Made by a program: the position numbers and the translations under genes
Shown here: piece after piece, positions 52,801-64,000 of the stretch
Layout: each line of letters begins with the position of its first letter
Numbering within the stretch: position 1 is the stretch's first letter
Assembly: GCA_024679065.1 (NCBI GenBank)
Contig: JAGIQG010000016.1
Span: forward strand, 9,300,001-9,364,000
Reading direction: 5' to 3'
DNA: 64,000 nucleotides
Origin: Sphyrna mokarran
Taxonomy: Eukaryota
Notes under the pieces: model-generated
Told to the model about the DNA's origin: nothing
Seen by the model: the letters and a program-made list of their open reading frames with translations, nothing else
The model's database searches: none

Positions 52801-54941
52801 AACATTTCATGTTTCGAGCATTATATTACGTACGAGTTGAAGAAACACTCGGCTATTGAAGAGTAACAATGGGCATAACGGAGACTGCAGAAACGCGTGT
52901 GCAATATTAAAATAAACATTCCAGAATACGCACTTTTTTCACAGAAATTATAAAAGAAAATAAAACTATGAAGTGGATCTTCGGAGTGAAGTTTTCAAGC
53001 TAAAATAACACATAGCCAGCAAACAGGCTTTGATAGAAAATGGACTTCCAGGTTCCCTTTGGAGTCACATTGCTTCATTCACTCAGATTCCAAAAGCGCT
53101 CTTGCTCAGTGGATTTAATGTATGGCAACGTAGCAGTGTTCGAATGTGCAAAATTGATGATGTAGACTTCGGAGAACTTACATCCAGCATTCTCGCAACA
53201 TGGCTGATACAGAGTCTGCTTGTGAAGCAGTAATGTCCTGCTGGCATGCCTCTGCAAAAGACTGTCTCAGTAGAAATCGAAAATTGAATGTTCGTCGTGG
53301 TCCAGGACTGATAAATGCCAAAATCAGAGTGTCATTTCTGGAGCACATCATTCCTAAGAAGACAGTGTGATATAATCTCGGTGTATTATTCAGCAAAGTA
53401 GATTCCAAATACTCGTGCGGATGAGGAAGCGACAATTAAAGTGCACGATACAGTGAATCTGCAGAAGGTTTCACCTGAAGTCAGTGCTTGTGCAGCTACG
53501 ACCACATCATATTGCAAAATCTATTTGAATGCTTTGGAATACAGCCATCTAATTTATGTAGTAGTCAGTACAGAATTGTGTTCTTGCGTTTGCGGTGGAC
53601 ACAAGCTTCCAGACATTATTTTTTGAACTTTTCCTGCGGTTGCCATTAAAGTAAGCGGTACTAACAAGATTGCTTGTTCTGAAAGAAGTCAGTACAGCAA
53701 GACTGTTGCTCACAAATGTATGAAGCAAATTCTCGTGTCTCTGTTTTTTGCATATGTTTGGATTTTCACTGACAGGCGAAGGGTCGTAATGATGTTGTTT
53801 ACATTTGCGACCAATTGCAAACGTCGTGCTGGAAATGAGATTCCGCATTTAGGATTCGAGCAATGAGTGGACACATTATAAACTAATGAACGAAATTGAG
53901 GCTGCATTGTTGGAAACACTCAGCCGAATGCAATGAGCATTTGAGCATTTGGCGTAGTTACTAAACACTTGGGCGATTCATTTGTCTCGGACAACAACAA
54001 TTGGAAATTTCGCAGAAATGTATTGGCGTTTATTTTAATCCCAATATTGTGGAATAATCTTCTAGCCAGCCTCGTAAATAGCATTGAGAGAGGAAAAATA
54101 TGAAGTTCTTTTGAAAACTTTGCACGTGAGGACAGACTTGGTGTATCAAAGATAATTAAAGTCTCATTCAAGAAATTCAGCATTCAGGAAAACAAAATAA
54201 GAGTACGTTAGCAGATAAAGCTCGTGGCTTAATGGTTCGACATCAGAGATCATGTCTCGTTCTCTATATGCATGTCTCAGCTTTAACAAGTTAAGTTGTT
54301 TCTCCACATATGAAATGGTCACATATTTCCCGATAGCCAGTCCAGCACCTTTATGAAAAACAATTCAGGGCGCAGAAGGCAATAACAAATGACATTTTGC
54401 ACTGACAACAAATAAAATTAGATCCAAGCGGTTAGGTTAACCCTTTGACTGCATGTTGGAACTTTCGCTGTTGTGAATCTGGCATTGGCTTGAAAATGAA
54501 TATGGTTAATTATTGTTTTGAAATTGTACATGTAAGTTATCTCCAATGGAAATAATTAATGTGTTTGACAAGGATATGCATGAGATTTGTCAGTGCAAAT
54601 GATATATACAGGAACGATATATACAAGAAAGACATGGTAAGAATTTATTTGACAGCTATCAAATCAAATGTGGAAAACGTAGCCTTACAAGCAGTTCATA
54701 AAATGAATTCCTAGAATTTACCAGTGCAGTGCGAATTAGGCCCACAAAGGGAGCACACTAATATGACGTATTCACGAACAATGACGTATGATTAAATAAG
54801 AACCTCAAGAAAGAGGAATAGATTCGCAAATGCCAGCATAATATGGATTAATTTTCTAATCAATTACCATAGTAGGTATGGTACAACTATGAAAATCAAT
54901 TTAAGGATAAAGGAGTGTAATGTTCAACTTCTGAAATTTGA

Positions 54942-54968
54942 TCTCCCTCGTTGTATTAACGAGGGAGA
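54942..54968. repeat. Perfect 11-bp hairpin, 5-nt loop
   Basis: TCTCCCTCGTT-GTATT-AACGAGGGAGA. Confidence 0.9.
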
Positions 54969-55469
54969 CAGGATAGTGAAATGAGGTAATAGATCAAAAA
55001 GCAAAGAAAATTGTTGCGACATCGCATTTTCACTCTCCTTAAAGAGCATCATTTTGGGAAAACTACCACAAATCAAAAATAAATTTAAACATACTATCAG
55101 GTTTTCAATAGAGCTTTACAGATGCGTGCATATGATCGATAAGTTATGTCACAGTAACGGGCATTGCCTAAGAATTCCCGAATAATAACTAAAATACGTT
55201 AAGTAAACTAGCCATGTGTAATCTGACTGTAAGATTTAAACCTGCTGCAAATTATACCGTAAATGAAGCTAGTACTAATTGAACTGAAAATGTTTCTAGA
55301 AAATTGAAAATTAAACCCAATACAGACAGAGATTATTCTAATGTATTTTGTGAAAATGTTCATTGCAGAATGAAAATATTGTGCAGTGCTAGTACAAAAT
55401 CAATACGACAAGAAGGATGAAAACAAATGAAATCAGCATTAACGATAACAGAAAGAAAACTCAGCAAAC

Positions 55470-56310
55470 TGATTTGAATTGATTTAGTATTGTCAAATGT
55501 ATTCATATATAGTTCAATAGCATTGTTTTTGCAGGCTATACAGACACAACATAACTTTCATGGAGAAGGAAAGGAGAGCGAGCAGAATGTAGTGTGACTG
55601 CCATAGCGAGATGGAAAATTCAACTGTATACGACAGGATCCATTCAAAAGTCTGATGCTCAGAGTGAAGGTTTTTTTTTTGCTTTGGTGGATAAGTGACC
55701 TCAAACATTCTATCATTTTCCCGACGGAAGATTGTAGAACGTATATCAAACGTGTGTGGAGTCCTTAATTAGATAGTTGCTTCGCTGATGCAGCAGAAAG
55801 TGCAGAAAGAGTCATTGGGTGGAAGGTTGGCTTGAGTGAAGGACTGCAACTCATTCAGGATTTTTTGTCTTTTCTTGCGGTCTTGGCAGAGCTGGGGTCA
55901 TACCAAAATGTGACACTACCAGAAAGAATGATTTCTACTGTGCGTGTGCAAAGTTGGTGAGAGTCGTAGCTGACATGCAGAAGCACCTTAGTCTCTCAGA
56001 AATTGGAAACATTGTTGGGCTTCCAAAAAAAAGCTTTAGTCTGGGTATAGGGGGACTAGGACATGTTTAATTAAAAAAAAAAATCTCGCGACCATTTCGT
56101 CGTCATCCCCGTTTTTGTCGATGGGGATGATGAAGAAATGTTTTCATTATTTTCTTCATTCGGATTCCTGAAGTCGATGACTAACTCATTTGTTTTATTG
56201 ATATTGGGGAAAAATTATTGTTTCTGTACATTTCACCTCATTGCATCCTTCTACACAGTCTCTTCATTGTTTGAGATTCGGCGCCCTACAATGGTGAGGC
56301 GAACAGATTG
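55470..56310 (-). mobile_element. Rex1/Babar LINE 3' part
   Basis: TGATTTGAATTGATTTAGTATTGTCA tail; AAGTTGGTGAGAGTCGTAGCTGACATGC is the reverse homologue of ~51415-51445. Confidence 0.82.
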
Positions 56311-58289
56311 AAGGTCCTGTTTGAGCTGCTTTTTCCTGATCTCTGGCACTCTTCAGAGTGAAGGCCAGAGCTTTCAGAGAGTTTTATTGGTCTTTCAGAG
56401 CCAGTGCCGTGAAATCCCCAGAAGTTGGATTTCAGGTCCGGCTACTGGACTCAGTTGGGTGGTTGTCCTGCGTTAGATTCTGGTTGGATGTCTCCAGGGT
56501 CCCAAGAATCGTCCATATTAAGGGACTGAATTATTGAAGTATGAGAGAGTTTAAACTCTCTAAGCGTTAGAATGAAGGTTTGGAAGCTTAGAACGAGAGT
56601 AAATGAAACAACAAGAAACTGTGATGGGTACAGCTTACAAGATATAGCCACCCTCCGGAGCCATCCATCGGAAAGAGTGACATCTAAAAGCTAACCAATC
56701 GCCAGGACTTACGAGTGTCTTTCGTTCAGACTGAAAAGGAGATGTTGTGACTGTTTTGATATGAATCATTGTAATATTGCAAACTCATTGCTATATCGAA
56801 CCTTCCCAGTCAAACTGAACAGATCCAATTCAACACAACATTAATGGAAGTGGAGAGACTTGAAAACAGGAAGACAAGAAAGGATACTGAGGGAATTGTC
56901 AGCGGGTAATTTCTAGAAAGTTTTAGCTGAACGTTATAGCACGTCACAACAAAAGTGCAATTGGATAGGGCTGGGGAAACACCGACTTTTAAGAGGAAAA
57001 GATCGTTTAATCGGTGCACTCGTTTGATATCTTTTTTTTTATACATCAAAGAATATAAATGAATTTCAAAAGTTTCCTTCTGTTCCACACATAATTTAAA
57101 AGGTACCATACGATATTATATTGCAGAACACAATATTACACCGAGTAAATACTAGTACGCTGTCATCTGTAAAGCACTTGATGAGTCACAGGAACAGGGC
57201 AAAGGTGAGTTGGATAACGGCTCCTGAGCCGTGACAAAGTGAATGAAGTATTAGCCTCAGATCCACCCATGTAATATTCTTGCACTGTATAAGTATGCTG
57301 ACAATAAATATGCTGTCTAATTTAACTAACCACATAAAAACCTTCACACATCATATTCGTCATCATTAGTACCAATGACCCGGGCATCTGATTAAATAAT
57401 TTCAATAATAGGGTCTCGTTTTCATCGCGAAACTATCCTACAGTCCAGTCATTCACCGTCTGAGTTACCAATTGCACTATGGAGTCAGCTTTTCTTACTG
57501 ATCTCATATACAAGTTCGCCGATAACAGCATGACAAGCAAGTTGTTTATTCCCACAAAGGCATGCCGATCTCTCCCAGAAAAATGTTGGCAAGAATGCTA
57601 AATGCTAAAGAATGCTATACGGTATCACTTCTACTGTATAGCTATATTTTCACAAATCCAACATGTGCGATTCAGAATTGAGGAAGTGTATTTCCTCTTT
57701 AAATACTATGAAATATTATAGAATCGATCACCTTACGTACCTGGCTGATCAATGCATTGGGTATTGACACGTACTTGCGCCCTAATCTCCTTCAGTATAT
57801 TTTAGTTTCAACAAACAACATTCCTTTCAGATTTTTATTTTGCTACATTTAAGATAAGAATGAGTGCTGCATTGGTTTAAAAAACACAAATGACAGGTAA
57901 AATTAGTTTCTATTAATGTGATGTGTCCCACCTCCACATTATATATTGTATAAACATCTGCTCAATTACAAGCTTTTGGGAACCTGACGTTGTTGCCTTT
58001 GCTCCTGAAAGGACTGATTAAGCTCAATCCCTGGTCATTGCAGAGACATTGGGTGCAAAACATTCCTCCTTTATCATTTGTAGGAATGTGCGAATGAACC
58101 CAAGGTTAAGACATATTGGCAATTCCAGCATAATCACATGTCTTATACCGATATATCATATTCCCTGGTGTACAATGCTAACAGTGTTACCCTCTGCCAA
58201 TTTCATGTCACACTCTTTTCTTGAATGATTGCCTACTTCTTGAAAGAATGTAAACGATCTGTGAATTATCTCATATATTGAAACACTAT

Positions 58290-60010
58290 TCTCGGTCAGC
58301 TGCAAGTTTTGTTTGAACTACGGAAAATGTGGCTCACTCCTGCTTCACCAGACTCTGCCCCACAGCCAGCGGGCTTCTCAATCCAAAGAATGGGCCGTAC
58401 AGCGGCTTCAGGAAAGATTCGGGGATGTGCGGCCAGCTTCTCTATCAACATCTCGCCATGCATCGACATAGCAACATTAACAAGTATCTGCTCCCCACAC
58501 CTCGAATACCTGACGCAGAACTGCTGCCCCTCTTACCTTCCATGGGAAATGGCCTCCGTTCCCCTGATGACAGTTTACACTCGAACCAATGTGGTTCTTG
58601 ATAAAATATATAGCACTATAAATAACCTTGAGACAAGTCATACCTTGGACTGGCTCATCGTAACTGAACTTCAACTATGCCAAGCTCAAAGAACGTACTA
58701 CCAAGTTATCACCAATACGTCCCAGTTCCACCAGACACCCAAACATCCTATAACGACTAGTACATAAATAACAAACATGCCTAGAGCTCCATCGCCCGCC
58801 TACACATTGGCATATCAGAGGCTCCCGGCATACAGAACTGAAGCGGGAAAATTCATCGAAAAAAGTCGTGTAATATTGGTCTGAAAAATCGGGACATCTC
58901 CGACGGGATTATTTGAAGTCAATGGATTGGTAGTATTTAAAAACTCTGCAACCAATTGAATGATTAGGTCACGAGAGTAACTGAATTCATTCGTAATTCT
59001 GTCGAAGACAGTGTGGCAAAGAACCAATTCCGTGTTTTATTTTCAAACGAGAAAACGTGAGTGAACACGGATGTCCACTGTTTGCAGAAGTCTTGAGACG
59101 TTTGTGTCAGTCGATCCTGACTTGTGGAAGAAACAAGACGAGATCGAAGTTGATCCATCAAAGATGCCAAAACAAAGTGATATACCAAGTTAGATTCCTA
59201 GCCAGCTATCCAGACATCCGCCAACTATGTCAAGGACAGGCAACTATGTCATTAACAGGCATGGACAATCGCTGGCTCTAACGCACCAGTAGCCCTCAAG
59301 CTCAATGCATTATATGTTCATATTGCCCAAACTATCAGCAATAACACACCCTCACCCTGGAAGCCCTGGCTGAACCTGTATTTGGATCACCATTGCAGAT
59401 GTCAGAGCAGCTTTATTAAAGGTCAAGCAACAGCCGGCCCAAATGGTGTACACCGACGACACACAGGTGCTGCACGGATCAGCAGGGGTGTTCACAGATA
59501 CCTTCAATATCTCCTTTCCGCAATCTGCGGCCTCAATATGCTTGAAGAAAACGACGATCATCCCTGTGGCTAAGAAAAGGAAAGTAGCGTGCCTTAATGT
59601 CCGGTGTCTCTGACATACATCATTGTGAAATGTTTAGAAAGGCTAGTCAAGGCACGTTTCAATTCCGGTCACCCGGACTGCCTGGATCCACGACAATTTG
59701 TGCATTGCCGCAACGGGTCCACAGCAGAACCCTGATACTGCAGTCAACTTTGGAACACATGGGAATCAAAAACACCTACAACGGACTCCTGTTTATTGAG
59801 TACTTATTTATTCAGCCTCTAACACCATTATTTCTACCAAACTCATTTCCAAATTCCGAGACTAGGCCTTTGCACCTCCGTCTGCGGCACCTCCGTATAC
59901 TTCCTAATCCACAGACCAGAAACAGTCAAGATTGGCAACAACATCCTCCATGATCATCCCCAACTTCAGTTTCCATATGGTTGTGTCCTCAGCTCCCTTC
60001 TACACTCGTT
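58290..60010 (+). mobile_element. Rex1/Babar LINE endonuclease-RT region, lacking 3' end
   Basis: MWLTPASPDSAPQPAGFSIQRMGRTAASGKIRG, CSPHLEYLT..CCPSYLP.E, CLKKTTIIPVAKK, LEHMGIKNTY..LLFI, GCVLSSLLHS. Confidence 0.87.
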
Positions 60011-62129
60011 ATGCCCTTTTTTGTCTCTGTGTCCAAATGTCCCCCCATCTTGATTTTCAAGTCTGCTCTCCTGTAGAAATATTCCAATAATTATTAAAAC
60101 AAACCAGTCAATAATCATCCTGGAATTAATTCCAGCCAATAGAAAATGTGCATAATGATCTAACGTGTTTTCATTTGGTATTAATTGTGGACAATGCCGT
60201 CCTCCGGTTATCTCGTACCATGAGACGCTGGACGTAAACGGGAGGATGATTTCAACCAAATTGAATCCACGTCACTCTCGTCCGACTCTGAGAATTTCTT
60301 CATGTCTTCTCGCCACTTGAATTATTTCTTGGATTTTTATGACCCTATTCATCGCACGAAAATTTGTTGTCATTGTTTTTTTCGAACATGGCTGATAACA
60401 TTACTTCTTTCCAGGAGGCCTACTGTCCCTTCACTTTCTGGCTAGGGTGTCTTGTATTTTGCCATTAACTGGAATTCTTCAGTTGCAACCAAAAGCAGAG
60501 CACATCTATCTTTTTAGTTGAAAATAAGTGTTCAATTGACAAATTTTATGAATAATAGAGATATCTTCTATGGCCACATCCATGGTTGGCTTAATACCCA
60601 GTCGCCTAATCTAATTCTTTTCAAAGTCAGTATTGAGTTAGTTTCCAAAATCTATCGTTGTGTTTTATTAGCCCATTCCAGCCCGTGATATTTCTGGGCT
60701 TGAATCTTAATTTCTTATGTATGTGCAATGTGTTTCGAAGGGACTATGGGGTGTTGGATTACATCTTCAACCGCCTTGTTATGGTGCTCATGTCCAGAGC
60801 GTCAAGCAATGAAACCTCGGCTGCTCCATGCCGTCATAATGTCGGCATTTATCCAAAACGCATTTCAATTAGCTTCATAGATATTGACACGCCTTTCTGT
60901 ATTCCATTTTGAAGCTTAATTTAAAGTAAACAGCTCTGCTACTTGTGCTGAATTATTCCCTGGGATTTGTTCGCGTTCGTCATTTACAACTTCCACGCAG
61001 TGCAGGGTCTAGTAGTGGATTATACCCCATTCCCATCAACGTGGAAGTTAATCGACCCTTCCACAGTGGGCCGCTCTTCTGCGGAACCTTCATTTACTCC
61101 CTCATTCACTTCTGCAATACGCCCATGCTCTGTTCCTTTTGCTGACGATCCTGCAGGATTTTCTCTCATATCTCTGCTGACTTTTAAATGCCTGTCGCTT
61201 GGTAAGTGATTAGCTTCCATGTTGAACGTCTATTGTCGAAAATGCATATGTATTTCAATCTCGTTGCGTTCAAATGTTGTCCGACTTGTGAAGATTATGG
61301 AGACTCCCTACCCCATCCCCAACCCTCCCCTCCCCATTATGGTAGTGTCTCTGAACTCATACTGCCCATAAGGCACAAGCCAATGCTCTCACACATTGAG
61401 GCATATTTTTAGCAACTGAATCTAGTTGGGCATTTTAGGGTACCTCTGGCATTAAAATGCCACCGTGTTGTTGAGTTATCACTGCAGCTTGCATCCATGA
61501 TTTTCTTGGGAAAAAAAAGTGAATCTGTTTCGTGAAATCTGCAGGAATTTTTCTTTTAAGTATTTTGCTTAAGGCAAAACAACGTTTCTTTTTCTGTCTA
61601 TCTATTATGTTTTGTTTTCACTGCTAGCCCTTCCACCTTAGATCAGATCCACTAAGGTTTTGCAGATATTTCATAATCTTCAACAATATTCCTTGAATAC
61701 TTAAAACAGTCCAAGCATTTCTCTCAGCTCGTTTGTGGAAAATTGTCTGCGCACGACAACATAACCTTCTTTCGAAGTTCTGTTTTTTTTTAACCTTTGA
61801 ATATGACTTTTTTCCCGGTATGTGACCTTCACCTGTCCAAATGGACGTTAGTGGCATTCACGTTAAAACCGCTTTCTGGATTGCTTCAATCATTCGGTGT
61901 ATGTCTAAGCGATGTTCTATTGATCTGCCTGATGCTATAAAAATGTCGACGGCTGAACTAACTGCGCAATCTAATGCTTTTCTTATCGTACCATGCAATT
62001 GTGATAAAAACACATCGCTGAGCCGTTATGGAAAAGTTGTGGTCAACGTGTCTCGCCCACAATTTTATGTTTATATTGGTGTTCATCAGAAACAGAAATT
62101 GACCAAAATATATTAGCGAAGTATCGTCT

Positions 62130-62230
62130 TTCATTTTCCATGGATGTTCAGGATGTTAGCAAGATTCGCCATCATGGAATGTTCTCGAAAAGAATGGTGA
62201 TCCAGAGCTGTGTAAAAGATAATTAATCGC
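62130..62230 (-). mobile_element. 3' tip of second LINE family
   Basis: TTCATTTTCCATGGATGTTCAGGATGTTAGCAAG...CTCGAAAAGAATGGTGAT resembles 23548-23640. Confidence 0.35.
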
Positions 62231-64000
62231 TAACTGTTCTCTGACTTTCTTCCTGGCCAAACTGGTGAATTAGTCTAGTTAATACTTTTTTTTTCTATAT
62301 CTGCAATTATGTGGTTAACTGCCTCCATTCCTTCAGAGGATGTTCCCGATTGTGAGGATGAACATATCCAGGGTTTGTTATCAATGTGGCATATAAATCT
62401 TGCTTGTTTTCGTTCCAAACCTGATGATAATGTGCATCCAAATAGTCCCATACTGTTTCATTCGCCCAATATTGTCTCGGTGCCGCTATGCTAGAGCTAT
62501 TGCAACCTTTCTGCTGAACACGTTGATTTAGCGTATACGACTTACACCATATTATGCTTCCTTGTCCTCAAATCAAGTATAATTCCTTATTGGGCTGACA
62601 ACTCTATCATTGAAATACTGCCCTCTCCTGTTTAGGATATCCAAATCTAGATCTCCCCCCTTTACACTCAATTTCCAGCATAATAGGTCCACTTACTAAT
62701 GCGGTCTTAATTCAGCCAGGTACTCCGTACATCTGAGCGGTCTGATCAGTAGTCAACAAATATAAACTGTTCCAGATGGAAATTACCCAGTTTATACCCA
62801 CATGTTACAGGCTTGGCCTACTAAAATTGCTTCTACATATATTCAGTGAATTGTGCCTGTAGTCTCTAGAACTGTTCACTCTCATTTCTGGACTAATTTG
62901 TTCTCCAACTTAACTACTGACATCTGAAATACTGACTGTGCTACTTGTTGTGTCATACAGGGTTTTTGATTTTGAACCTCGAAGGATTAGCTTCCTCGAT
63001 TGGACCCTATTCTCCATTCGGCTCCCTTTCCCCCACAGACCAATCCTGCCCACCCTTACTCCTCTCCTTGCCCACCATTTCTTTCGGAACATCACCTACT
63101 TTTTGTCAGTTGATGCATTGCCTTTTGTTACCCTGATTATTTTCTGTGGATCTGCATTCCCTCGCAAGATGTCCTGGCGTTTCACACAAAGCATTTTTTT
63201 AAATATGTATTGTCACATCTTAAGTTTATCTTGCGACTGGTCACTTCGCTCGGAATAATTTGAGGACGTTTCTGTTGATTGTATTTTGATTTCATAGACC
63301 AATGCATAACTTCCCAATAATTGTCTCTTATTTGGAATCATCATATCAATGTTTCGATTCAGAACTGCAATAAACACTTCTTTGAGCATGCCTAACACAC
63401 ATTGTCATCCCTAATGTATTTTCAATGTCTCCATTATCAACAGAAGTCCTGGTTTTTCTTGCACCACGGATTCCTTGGCATTTTCTTTGACTAAAGTTGC
63501 CTTAACGCAATTGGCGCGTCATTCACTTGACTTTATCGAACGTTAAATTGCTTGTATATTTTGGTCCTGACAATCAAATATTTTTAAGATCCTGAAGATC
63601 GCAGGAAATATGTGGCACGCAGTTCCAGCTCACTTCCCTTTTGTTAAAATTATTATGTCATCGGAAGTCCAATGATGAACTTTCCTAGCCGAAACATAAA
63701 ATAATTTTGGTGGTTATAATGCAACGGGCCTCATTTGTCATAAACATCTGCTTCTTTGTCACCAATAATGGCGTTTTCTCAATAATTAGAACGGGCGATC
63801 TTCTCCCTTTATTTATAATCGTACGAAGTGATACCAATGGACGGAGCGTTCTCACCTTACTATCGTCTGAACATTTCCATCTCTCCACGTTAAGCTCCCA
63901 GGTAAATGCCCGTCGTCGAAATCCGCTTGGGATGGAGTATACAAAAAATGTGTTGTCATCCTCTTTTGGGCAATACTTTACAGTCTTTCCGAAATGATTT

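Noticed and set aside
53182-53251. Minus-strand 70-nt exon candidate (cttttgcag / gtaagt)
   Set aside because: Open in all frames but no recognisable peptide or partner exon; cannot be told from chance.
61157-61201. Leader-like phase-1 exon GFSLISLLTFKCLSL with gtaagt donor
   Set aside because: No nearby in-frame ATG and no downstream Ig-type exon; lies in decayed repeat-like sequence.
973-63997. Most 60-130 aa ORFs in the supplied track
   Set aside because: They are antisense or alternate frames of repeats, or compositionally random, with no recognisable domains.
1-64000. Prokaryotic systems (CRISPR, operons, retrons) suggested by the RT ORFs
   Set aside because: All RT fragments are vertebrate non-LTR retrotransposons; there is no repeat-spacer array and no prokaryote-like gene density.

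Overview
Eukaryotic, AT-rich, repeat-dense DNA, almost certainly from a cartilaginous fish (probably a shark). The basis is recall of elasmobranch HE1-type SINEs, HER1-like CR1 LINEs with (TTCTATG)n tails and Rex1/Babar LINEs; no database search was run. No intact host gene, rRNA, tRNA or CRISPR array is visible. The window is a layered transposon graveyard: four near-identical young CR1 copies, older CR1 copies, a second CR1/L2-group LINE family, three Rex1/Babar copies, SINEs, Penelope-like scraps and a decayed PIF/Harbinger transposase. The features least explained by repeats are: (i) a minus-strand run of in-phase exon-like units at 17.7-18.3 kb, including 21-nt heptad microexons like those of butyrophilin/BG/MOG tails; (ii) a CR1 copy whose ORF1 esterase part is inverted against ORF2, abutting a ~210-bp inverted duplication; (iii) apparent lack of CpG depletion in AT-rich DNA; (iv) a small templated inverted insertion inside a CR1. 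I could not establish a new biological system. Boundaries of old repeats are approximate (tens of bp).
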